Positions 23,529 through 30,995 of a stretch of 33,429 nt of DNA are shown piece by piece. Position 1 is the stretch's first letter, and the number at the start of each line of letters is the position of its first letter. The notes under the pieces were generated by a model. It saw only the letters and a program-made list of their open reading frames with translations. It did no database searches and was not told the DNA's origin. Position numbers and translations under genes: made by a program. Origin of the DNA: Fimbriimonadaceae bacterium (GTDB lineage Bacteria; Armatimonadota; Fimbriimonadia; Fimbriimonadales; Fimbriimonadaceae); assembly GCA_014380605.1 (NCBI GenBank), contig JACMJO010000074.1:1-33429 (forward strand), in the 5' to 3' direction.

Positions 23529-26500
23529 TGCTTGAGAAGGTCCTTCATTTCAGCCTAACCCAAAGGCTCCTCGTCATTGCCGGAACGCTTGGACTGATCG
23601 TATGGGGCGTTGTGGCGTGGACCCGCCTCAACCTTGATGCGGTACCCGACATTACGACCAACCAGGTCGCGATCAACACCGAGACGGGAGGAATGGGACC
23701 CGAAGAAGTTGAGCGGCTCGTCACGTTCCCGATCGAGACGGCGATGTCTGGGCTTCCCGGCGTAGAAGGCACGCGTTCGCTGAGCCAGTATGGGCTCTCT
23801 CAAGTGACGGTTACGTTTGAGGACAGCGTCGACATCTTCTTTGCCAGGCAGTTGGTCAACGAGCGGCTTGGGCGCGTGCAGGCCGAACTGCCTGAAAATC
23901 TGGAAGCCCCGCAGATGGGCCCGGTTTCAACCGGTCTTGGCGACATCTACATGTTCGCGATCGAGAGTGAAAAGCGCAAAATCTCCGAACTGCGAACGAT
24001 CATGGACTGGCAGATTGCGCCCCAACTGCGGTCGGTGAAGGGCGTCGCGGAGGTGAATGTCGCCGACGGAAACGTGAAGCAGTACCAGGTCATCGCCGAT
24101 CCCATGCGATTGCAAGCGCATGGACTGGGGGTTCACGACCTCATCGAGGCCCTCCAGAGGAATAACCAGAACGCGGGCGGCGGAGTGGTTGATGCCGGGG
24201 GCGAGCGCACGCTCATACGATCTGTCGGGATGGCCACGAAGCCATCCGATATCGAGACCATCATGCTGTCGAGCGACGATGGAACCCCGGTGCTGGTTCG
24301 AGACGTTGCCGATGTGACCACGGGAACCCCCGTGGTGACAGGCCTTTCGACCAAGGATGGAAAAGAGGCTCTCCTAGCGATCGGCATGATGTTGAAAGGA
24401 GCGAACGGACGGACCGTTTCTCAGGCTATCGATGCCAAGATTCAAGAAATCAAGACCCAGCTTCCCGACGACGTCAAGCTGACGACTGTTTACAACCGTT
24501 CGGTCCTCGTCAACAAAACCGTCGCAACGGTTGAGAAGAGCCTTCTAGAAGGTGGGATTCTTGTGATCGCGGTACTTCTGGTTCTGCTGGGCAATGTCCG
24601 GGGCGCGCTCATCGTGGCGCTTGCCATTCCCCTTTCCATGCTCTTCGCCATCGGGATGATGAACTCGTGGGGGATCTCGGGCAATTTGATGAGCCTGGGC
24701 GCGATCGACTTCGGGTTAATCGTCGATGGCGCCGTGGTCATGATCGAGAACGCGGTTCGGCGACTGGCGGAAAGGCGGGTGCATGAAGTGCGGACTCTAT
24801 CGCGAGAGGAAGTGAGGCAGACCGTTTGGGAAGCTTCCAGAGAAGTAGCGAAGCCCACCGCTTTTGCCGTGTCGATCATCACCGTTGTCTACCTGCCGAT
24901 CTTGGCCCTGGAGGGCACCGAGGGCAAGATGTTCAAGCCGATGGCGTTCACGGTCGTGTTCGCCCTGATCGGAGCGTTGATCCTCACCCTGACCCTGGTT
25001 CCCGCCCTTGCGAGCATGTTCCTTTCGGGGGATACCAAGGAGGGGAAAAACCCGATTATGGGGTTCTTCAGCAAGGTTTACAAGCCGGTGCTGAGCTTTG
25101 CGTTGAAAGCCCGGGTGCTCGCGGTTGCAGGCGCTGTCGTTCTCCTGGCGATTGCGGGTTGGCTGTTTACCACGCTTGGCTCGGAGTTCATTCCAACGCT
25201 GGATGAGGGCGATATTGTCGTGCAACCGATCCGCATCCGAACGGTGAACGCCGAAGAGACGGTTCGACTCGTCACCGCTGCCGAAAAGAAGGTCTTGGAG
25301 GTTCCTGAGGTCATCACGATGTTTTCGCGTAGCGGGACTCCTGAAGTTGCCACGGACCCGATGCCGCTGAGCCTTACCGACTCCTTCATCATGCTCAAGG
25401 AGCGAGACCAGTGGCGTCCGGGAATGACAAAAGACAAGATTCAGGAGGAAATTGAGAAGAAGTTGAACGAAGTACCAGGCCAAGGCTACAACTTCTCCCA
25501 GCCGATCGAAATGCGCTTCTCCGAACTTGTGTCCGGGGTTAAAGCAGACATTGGAATCAAGGTCTTCGGGGAGGACCTGGACATACTTCGCCAAAAAGCC
25601 GAGGAAATACGTTCCGTTGTGGCTTCCATTCCCGGCGCGGCCGACGTGGAGGTCGAGCAAGTTGAACCTATTCCGGTGCTTCAACTCGACATCAACCGGA
25701 GCGCGATTGCGCGCTACGGGGTGAGCATCGGCGAGATCCAGGAGCTGATCAGTTCGGTCTTGGGCGGAGAGGAGATTGGGCAGATCGTAGAAGGCGATAA
25801 GCGGTTCCAGATGGTTGTCAGACTTCCCGACGAGATTCGAAACAGTCCCGAAGCGATCGCTAACCTTCCGGTTAAGACGAGCAACGGCGAAAGCGTTCCG
25901 CTCTCGGAGATCGTCCATCTCGACAACAAGCCCGCTCCCGCACAGATCACTCGGGAATCGGGCAAGCGGCGGGTGGTTGTGCAACTTAACGTTCGAGGGA
26001 CCGATCTAGGCACATTTGTGGCCGCCGCACAGAAGGAGATTCAGGAGAAGGTCAAACTTCCAGAGGGCTATTACTTGGAATGGGGCGGCCAGTTTGAAAA
26101 CTTGCAAGAGGCGAGCGCTCGCCTGATGATCGTCGTGCCGATCGCCCTCGCCTTGATCTTCACCTTGCTCTTCATGACGTTTGGCTCGATGAAGCAGGCG
26201 ACGCTCATCTTCACTGGCGTTCCGTTGGCGGTAACCGGAGGAATCATCGCCCTTTGGCTTCGAGGCATGCCATTCAGCATCTCGGCGGGGGTTGGATTCA
26301 TCGCCCTCTCGGGGGTCGCCGTTCTCAATGGCGTGGTTATGGTTTCAGCCATAAACAGATTGCGGGAAGAAGGGCTTAGCGTTCTGGATGCGGTGAAGTT
26401 GGGAGCTGAGCAACGCCTCCGGCCAGTTCTTATGACGGCGATGGTCGCCGCCCTTGGGTTCGTTCCCATGGCTCTGAACACAGGCATCGGGGCGGAAGTA

Positions 26501-26617
26501 CAACGTCCGCTTGCAACGGTGGTGATCGGTGGGATCGTGTCGGCGACAATCCTTACGCTGGTGGTGCTTCCGGTTCTATATCAGTGGTTGGAGCGGGACA
26601 AGCCTGTCTTCGGCTAG
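23528..26617 (+). CDS. czcA: heavy-metal efflux RND permease, CzcA/CusA (HME) family
   Basis: 1029 aa, with a TAATG overlap onto the adaptor stop. The N-terminus LDAVPDITTNQVAINTETGGMGPEEVERLVTFPIE is typical of HME-RND pumps. TM4 carries AIDFGLIVDGAVVMIEN (nt ~24701-24757), the DFG-DGA-VEN signature associated with divalent-cation (Zn/Co/Cd) HME pumps rather than Cu/Ag CusA. Confidence 0.9.
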   Translation: MLEKVLHFSLTQRLLVIAGTLGLIVWGVVAWTRLNLDAVPDITTNQVAINTETGGMGPEEVERLVTFPIETAMSGLPGVEGTRSLSQYGLSQVTVTFEDSVDIFFARQLVNERLGRVQAELPENLEAPQMGPVSTGLGDIYMFAIESEKRKISELRTIMDWQIAPQLRSVKGVAEVNVADGNVKQYQVIADPMRLQAHGLGVHDLIEALQRNNQNAGGGVVDAGGERTLIRSVGMATKPSDIETIMLSSDDGTPVLVRDVADVTTGTPVVTGLSTKDGKEALLAIGMMLKGANGRTVSQAIDAKIQEIKTQLPDDVKLTTVYNRSVLVNKTVATVEKSLLEGGILVIAVLLVLLGNVRGALIVALAIPLSMLFAIGMMNSWGISGNLMSLGAIDFGLIVDGAVVMIENAVRRLAERRVHEVRTLSREEVRQTVWEASREVAKPTAFAVSIITVVYLPILALEGTEGKMFKPMAFTVVFALIGALILTLTLVPALASMFLSGDTKEGKNPIMGFFSKVYKPVLSFALKARVLAVAGAVVLLAIAGWLFTTLGSEFIPTLDEGDIVVQPIRIRTVNAEETVRLVTAAEKKVLEVPEVITMFSRSGTPEVATDPMPLSLTDSFIMLKERDQWRPGMTKDKIQEEIEKKLNEVPGQGYNFSQPIEMRFSELVSGVKADIGIKVFGEDLDILRQKAEEIRSVVASIPGAADVEVEQVEPIPVLQLDINRSAIARYGVSIGEIQELISSVLGGEEIGQIVEGDKRFQMVVRLPDEIRNSPEAIANLPVKTSNGESVPLSEIVHLDNKPAPAQITRESGKRRVVVQLNVRGTDLGTFVAAAQKEIQEKVKLPEGYYLEWGGQFENLQEASARLMIVVPIALALIFTLLFMTFGSMKQATLIFTGVPLAVTGGIIALWLRGMPFSISAGVGFIALSGVAVLNGVVMVSAINRLREEGLSVLDAVKLGAEQRLRPVLMTAMVAALGFVPMALNTGIGAEVQRPLATVVIGGIVSATILTLVVLPVLYQWLERDKPVFG

Positions 26618-26640
26618 CTCCATTACCAGCCAAATGAAAA

Positions 26641-26665
26641 GCCGCCCGAGCTTGGCTCGGACGGC
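26641..26665. terminator. GC-rich hairpin; intrinsic terminator, best U-tract on the minus strand
   Basis: GCCGCCCGAGC (26641-26651) pairs with GCTCGGACGGC (26655-26665) with one mismatch. On the minus strand it is followed by TTTTCATTT (26640-26632); on the + strand only by GTTGGGCTT. It lies 24 nt after the czcA stop and ~190 nt after the lipoprotein stop. Confidence 0.5.
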
Positions 26666-26851
26666 GTTGGGCTTCCCAGAGAGGGTCGGTTCATGACCGG
26701 CCCGCGAATCTATTGTCGAGGCCAGCTAAAACGCGCAACCCCTCTGGTGACTAGTTTCAATACTCATACTTCAAACCACCTCCGGTGAATAGGATCAACT
26801 TACTATACGCGCGGGTAGGGGCAATGCTTCGCCAGTAGACCCAAAACCCGA

Positions 26852-27517
26852 TTACTGGGATTGCAGGCCATCTTGGAAAAGCTTTTCGGCCGACTGGCGG
26901 TCGCGGTCGGCGAGGGTGGGGTTCATTCGGAAGATATCCATCAGCTTGGAATCGCCCAACGAGATAGAGATATTGAGGCCTTCGGATGGGATTTGGACGG
27001 CGCAGATCATTAGGCGATGGTCGCCATCTTCCCAAAACCAGTAGCGCACTCGGCTACCGGTTACGGCCTGAGGAGACAGGTTGATCATCTTGTCGTAGTC
27101 GGCCAAGATCTCCTGCAACCGAGCCTCGCTGGCCCGATCCTCATGGTAGAGGGCGAGGGCGACTTTCTCGTCGTTCACGATGGCGGCAAAACCCAGGGTC
27201 CCGTTATCCCAGCCCTGGCAGGTGTAATCGCGATCCTTCCAGCCTGACGGCATCTCGGCGACCTTGTAGGAGGTCTTCTCTTCTCGGAACACTCGGAGCG
27301 CGGTGTCGATTGAGTCGCCAACCCTCAGTTCCTCGCCGTTTCGAAACATTCGGAGGGAGGTTTTGACGCTGAAATCGGGAGCGGGCAACTTGTCGGGGCC
27401 GGGAACACTGGACCGGGCGACATTAGGATCCTTGGCGGGCTGCAACTCGGCAGGCTGGCCGCCACCATTGCACCCGGCTAAGCCAAGGGCAAGGATCGCA
27501 AGGAAGAGAAAGCGCAT
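26852..27517 (-). CDS. hypothetical lipoprotein
   Basis: 221 aa with a lipobox signal MRFLFLAILALGLAGC. It starts 2 nt after the greA stop. No family recognised. Confidence 0.7.
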   Translation of the reverse strand: MRFLFLAILALGLAGCNGGGQPAELQPAKDPNVARSSVPGPDKLPAPDFSVKTSLRMFRNGEELRVGDSIDTALRVFREEKTSYKVAEMPSGWKDRDYTCQGWDNGTLGFAAIVNDEKVALALYHEDRASEARLQEILADYDKMINLSPQAVTGSRVRYWFWEDGDHRLMICAVQIPSEGLNISISLGDSKLMDIFRMNPTLADRDRQSAEKLFQDGLQSQ

Positions 27518-27519
27518 GA

Positions 27520-27984
27520 CTATTCCACGGATACGACGCGGTATCGGTTGAGCCCGTTCGGCGATGTTACGGAGATTTCTTCTCCCGACATCTTCCCTCT
27601 GAGGGCCTCGCCGAGGGGAGAGGTTATGGAGATGAGCTCCTTGGCAGGGTCGGCTTCGAACGATCCCACGAGGGTGACGGCGAATTCGTCGTCAAAGTCC
27701 AAGTCGAGGAGGTTCACCTTGGAACCCAGATCGACGCCACCGTTGTTACTTCTTTCAATGACCTTGGCGGTTTGGACAGCGCGCTCTAGCTCGGAAATTC
27801 GGGCTTCCAGGCGGGTTTGGTTGAGCTTGGCCTCATGGTAGGCGGCGTTCTCTTTGAGGTCGCCGTGGGCTTTGGCTTCTCGGATAGCCTCGGCAATCTC
27901 CATTCGTCTTCGGCCCTGAAGGTCCTCAAGCTCGGCTTTGAGCTTGGCCAATCCATCTGCAGTGACTAAAACCTGATTCGCCAT
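27520..27984 (-). CDS. greA: transcription elongation factor GreA
   Basis: MANQVLVTADGLAKLKAELEDLQGRRRMEIAEAIREAKAHGDLKENAAYHEAK...ITSPLGEALRGKMSGEEISV is the canonical GreA coiled-coil plus FKBP-like C-terminal domain. The ORF track's 47-codon N-terminal extension (to 28125) overlaps the divergent GT2 gene, so I reject it. Confidence 0.9.
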   Translation of the reverse strand: MANQVLVTADGLAKLKAELEDLQGRRRMEIAEAIREAKAHGDLKENAAYHEAKLNQTRLEARISELERAVQTAKVIERSNNGGVDLGSKVNLLDLDFDDEFAVTLVGSFEADPAKELISITSPLGEALRGKMSGEEISVTSPNGLNRYRVVSVE

Positions 27985-27994
27985 GGGAACGAAT

Positions 27995-28003
27995 ATTGTA
28001 GCA
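27995..28003 (-). promoter_or_regulatory. candidate extended -10 element (TGCTACAAT) for greA
   Basis: The minus strand reads TGCTACAAT (complement of 27995-28003), ending 10 nt upstream of the greA ATG (27984). If used, the mRNA would be nearly leaderless. No good -35 is visible. Confidence 0.3.
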
Positions 28004-28015
28004 TCAGGTTCATCC

Positions 28016-28936
28016 ATGGCAGAGTCGAACGTCAGCGTGATCGTCGTGAGCTTCAATACGAAGGAGAAGTTACGTCGATGTCTGGAGTGCATCGAGCCTG
28101 AGGATGAGGCGATCGTGGTCGACAACGCGTCCTCGGACGGGTCGGCAGAGATGGTGGAGTCGGATTTTCCCTTGGTTCATCTGATCAAGAATTCGGAGAA
28201 TCGTGGCTTTGGAGCAGCTAACAACCAGGGGCTGGATGTGATGACGCATTCCTTGGCGTTGTTTTTGAACAGCGATTGCTATGCGGACCCTGGGGCGATT
28301 CAACGGTTAGCTCAGATATTCCGCGATCAAGATGTGGTTGCGGCGGGCGGGCGATTGGAGAATCCGGACGGAAGCTTTCAGCTATCGGTGGCAGATCGAT
28401 TGACCTTGTGGAAAGTTTTTCTGGAGCAGTCGTTTTTAGAGCTTGTACTGCGGCCCTTTGGGCTGGGTTACTGGTTTGTTGAGCCTTTCGAGGAGACTCG
28501 GGTTGTGCCTCAGGTGATGGGGGCTTGTTTGATGATCCGGCCCTTGGAGCGGTTCGATGAGCGGTACTTTCTCTATTGCGAGGACACGGACCTATGTAGG
28601 CGACTTACCGAGCATGGGAAGATCGTGTACGAACCTTCAGCGCGGTTCACCCATGAGCTTGGGTCATCCAGTTCAGGCACGGGTCGGTGGAAGTCGGTGG
28701 CTCGCTACAATCGGGGCAAGGAGCTTTACTTTTCGATCCATCACGGGCCGTTTGCTTCTAGGATTTGTTTGATCTTGGATCGGTGTGGGGCGCTGTTGAG
28801 GTTGACGATTTGGTTGGTTTTGGCGATTCTGACCCTTGGATTGGTGAAGCGGTTCCGAGATCAAGTCGTCCTGTTCGCTCGGGTTCTTTCTAGCCCAATC
28901 CAGGGTCCGGATCGCGACCTTCATATTCCCCGATGA
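28016..28936 (+). CDS. family 2 glycosyltransferase
   Basis: MAESNVSVIVVSFNTKEKLRRCLECI...VVDNASSDGS...NRGFGAANNQG...YFLYCEDTDLCRR are typical GT2 (rhamnosyltransferase-like) motifs. A C-terminal TM is present (LRLTIWLVLAILTLGLV). The ORF track starts at 27983; the ATG at 28016 fits the family N-terminus. Confidence 0.85.
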   Translation: MAESNVSVIVVSFNTKEKLRRCLECIEPEDEAIVVDNASSDGSAEMVESDFPLVHLIKNSENRGFGAANNQGLDVMTHSLALFLNSDCYADPGAIQRLAQIFRDQDVVAAGGRLENPDGSFQLSVADRLTLWKVFLEQSFLELVLRPFGLGYWFVEPFEETRVVPQVMGACLMIRPLERFDERYFLYCEDTDLCRRLTEHGKIVYEPSARFTHELGSSSSGTGRWKSVARYNRGKELYFSIHHGPFASRICLILDRCGALLRLTIWLVLAILTLGLVKRFRDQVVLFARVLSSPIQGPDRDLHIPR

Positions 28937-29639
28937 TCTGATCGGGGGAGCCCACGCGGTGGATTTGACCGTCCTTAAGCCAGATACAGCGGTCCGCGAC
29001 TCTTCGGACCGCGTCCATCTGGTGGGAAACGAAAAGGATCGTTCCTCCCTTGGATCGAAACTCGTCGATGTTGGCGTAGCATTTGCGCTCGAAGTCGTAG
29101 TCGCCGACGGCGAGGACCTCATCCACGAGGAGGATGTCGGCGTCGATATGAACTGCGACACTGAAGCCTAGACGTGCGAGCATGCCGCTGGAGTAGGTTC
29201 TGGTAGGGGCATGGATGTGCTCGCCGATCTCGCTGAAGTCGATGATCGCCTGGGAGCGGTCGCGCATTTCCTGCCTTGTGAGGCCGAGAATGACGCCGTT
29301 GAAGAAGATGTTCTCGATTCCGGACAGATCGGGGTGGAAGCCAGCGCCTAGTTCAAGCAGTGGGGCAGTTCTTCCCTTCATCTCGATTTGACCGGAGGTA
29401 GGTTTGTAGACTCTGGCGAGGAGAGACAGGAGGGTGCTTTTGCCCGCTCCGTTCTTACCGACAACGGCTACGCATTCGCCGGGATTGACTTCGAAACTGA
29501 TTCCCCTAAGGACCTCGACTTTCTTAATACTCCTTCGTTTCCACCAGAGCAAAGCGGTCTTGATCGAGCCTGCGCCAGAGGTGCTCAAAGCGAAGGACTT
29601 GTGCAGATTGCGGATATGGATTTGGCCTTTACCGGTCAT
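28890..29639 (-). CDS. wzt: polysaccharide/O-antigen (or teichoic-acid type) export ABC transporter ATP-binding protein
   Basis: Walker A is GKNGAGKSTLL. LELGAGFHPDLSGIENIFFNG, the signature YSSGMLARLGFSVA and Walker B ILLVDEVLAVGD fit the Wzt/TagH family. Start re-called to the ATG at 29639 (ATGA overlap with the wzm stop); the ORF track starts at 29660. Confidence 0.85.
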   Translation of the reverse strand: MTGKGQIHIRNLHKSFALSTSGAGSIKTALLWWKRRSIKKVEVLRGISFEVNPGECVAVVGKNGAGKSTLLSLLARVYKPTSGQIEMKGRTAPLLELGAGFHPDLSGIENIFFNGVILGLTRQEMRDRSQAIIDFSEIGEHIHAPTRTYSSGMLARLGFSVAVHIDADILLVDEVLAVGDYDFERKCYANIDEFRSKGGTILFVSHQMDAVRRVADRCIWLKDGQIHRVGSPDQIIGEYEGRDPDPGLG

Positions 29640-30520
29640 GGCCGCTCCACGAAACGCCATTTGAGGCGGTTGAAAATGGCGTACCCGACGATGAGGAGGA
29701 GAACCGACGTGATTGCGGTTGCCCCCAGATACTTATAGCTCAAGGGGATGGAGCCAACTTGGACTACTACATCTGGGGCCGCGCCGACCGGCGACATCGC
29801 CTTGGGGTCATAGGGAGCGAGAATAGCTTTTTTGTATGCCGTGCAGAGGTTGGCGATGGGATTTAGATTGTAAAGCTTGTAGACCAGCCAGTTTGAACTG
29901 AGGTTGATCTTAGAATTGGCGACGTTTTCATCGAAGATTACGATCGGGCAAAGAAAGAAAAGCAGATACAAAAGGATGCCGACGATGTACTTGACATCCT
30001 CATAGAACGTATTCAGGGCAGAGACGATCAAGCTGGTTCCCATCGAGAGCACAAAGCTGATGAGCAGGAGGATGGGAAGCAAAACCACCGAGCCCTTGAT
30101 CGGGAAATCACCAGGGTGAAAGAAGAAGTTGACCATCAGGTAGGCGAAGAAGATGCCCAGGGCCAATAGGAAGTTGACGAAGTTGCTGATGACGGCCGAG
30201 ATAGGCAACAGTTCACGCGGGAAGTAGATCTTCTTGATCAGCGGGATCGAGGACACGACCGATTGTGAGCTGTCCATGATGCTCTGCTGAAAGAACATGA
30301 AAGGCAGATAGGCGGCCATGATATAAGCGCCCATGTTGGGCTGGTCTGGAAATATGAAGTTCGTGTAAACGAACGTCATTACGCCCACGGTTAGGAGCGG
30401 ATTCAGGAATGACCACAGGAATCCCAGAGCGGAGTTCTTGTAGCGAATCTTGAGGTCGCGCTGGACCATGACCAGCAATAACTCGCGGTAGCGCCACAGC
30501 TCCCTGAGTTCGCCTAGCAT
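29636..30520 (-). CDS. wzm: ABC-2 type polysaccharide export permease
   Basis: The N-terminus RYRELLLVMVQRDLKIRYKNSALGFLWSFLNPLL is the ABC-2/Wzm-TagG signature. About 6 TM helices; 294 aa. Confidence 0.85.
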   Translation of the reverse strand: MLGELRELWRYRELLLVMVQRDLKIRYKNSALGFLWSFLNPLLTVGVMTFVYTNFIFPDQPNMGAYIMAAYLPFMFFQQSIMDSSQSVVSSIPLIKKIYFPRELLPISAVISNFVNFLLALGIFFAYLMVNFFFHPGDFPIKGSVVLLPILLLISFVLSMGTSLIVSALNTFYEDVKYIVGILLYLLFFLCPIVIFDENVANSKINLSSNWLVYKLYNLNPIANLCTAYKKAILAPYDPKAMSPVGAAPDVVVQVGSIPLSYKYLGATAITSVLLLIVGYAIFNRLKWRFVERP

Positions 30521-30530
30521 CGGGGGGATT

Positions 30531-30941
30531 CTACCTTCGGTCGATCCGCTGAACCCTTACGCGGACGATGACTAACCCGGGTTCGCGGAGCAAGTTGAAT
30601 GGGCCGTGGTCGGGATACCATTGCTCCGACTCCATAATGAGAAGGCGTTCCTCGCCTGCTTTGGACCCTATCGCGGCGGCATTGAGCAGACGATCTCCAG
30701 GCGTAGCAAAAGCATCGAACGTGTGGCCTGTTCCCCGTCGCTCGCTGTTGGCAATCTCCTTGCCGTTTTGATCCTGGATCCAGAAGTCGATGGTCACTCG
30801 GTCGCCCGACTTTGTTGTGTCGCCTTGACCCGGTTGGATCATGAATCCCGGCGTTCCCATGTCCACGTCGGTTGCGGGCGAAAGCATCACCGGTAGGAAG
30901 GAGCACTGCAAGACGATTGAGATGAAATCCATTACGCTCAT
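30531..30941 (-). CDS. small FKBP-fold-like (possibly degenerate PPIase) secreted protein
   Basis: This is only the 3' third of the 422-aa track ORF 30531-31799. From the ATG at 30941: MSVMDFISIVLQCSFLPVMLSPA..., then IQPGQGDTTKSGDRVTIDFWIQDQNGKEIANSERRGTGHTFDAF..GSKAGEERLLIMESEQWY..GLVIVRVRVQRI. That aligns by eye with the FKBP pattern (PG.G..pk.GD.V.vhY.g.l.dGk.FdsS..rg.pf.F.....mk.GekR.l.ip...aYg.....l.f.veLl.i), but the GW/YG catalytic residues are not conserved. Confidence 0.45.
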   Translation of the reverse strand: MSVMDFISIVLQCSFLPVMLSPATDVDMGTPGFMIQPGQGDTTKSGDRVTIDFWIQDQNGKEIANSERRGTGHTFDAFATPGDRLLNAAAIGSKAGEERLLIMESEQWYPDHGPFNLLREPGLVIVRVRVQRIDRR

Positions 30942-30995
30942 TGAAAGGACGAGGCCAGTTCGCGTAAAGCATCGTGTCCACGTTAAACTAGAACC

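Noticed and set aside
24797-25984. 395-aa minus-strand ORF inside czcA (plus smaller ones at 24490-24882, 25078-25437 and 26071-26487)
   Set aside because: These lie entirely antisense to an unmistakable HME-RND permease. The translations are Arg/Gly/His-rich and low-complexity with no motifs. They are typical shadow ORFs of GC-rich coding sequence.
26685-26701. tRNA T-arm-like sequence GTCGG-TTCATGA-CCGGC
   Set aside because: The loop lacks the conserved A58 position (TTCATGA versus TTCRANY). No matching acceptor stem, D-arm or anticodon arm can be built from the flanks, so it is not a tRNA.
27985-28125. 47-codon N-terminal extension of GreA in the ORF track (201 aa)
   Set aside because: GreA family proteins are ~155-160 aa, and the canonical N-terminus MANQVLVT.. 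starts at 27984. The extension overlaps the divergent GT2 gene.
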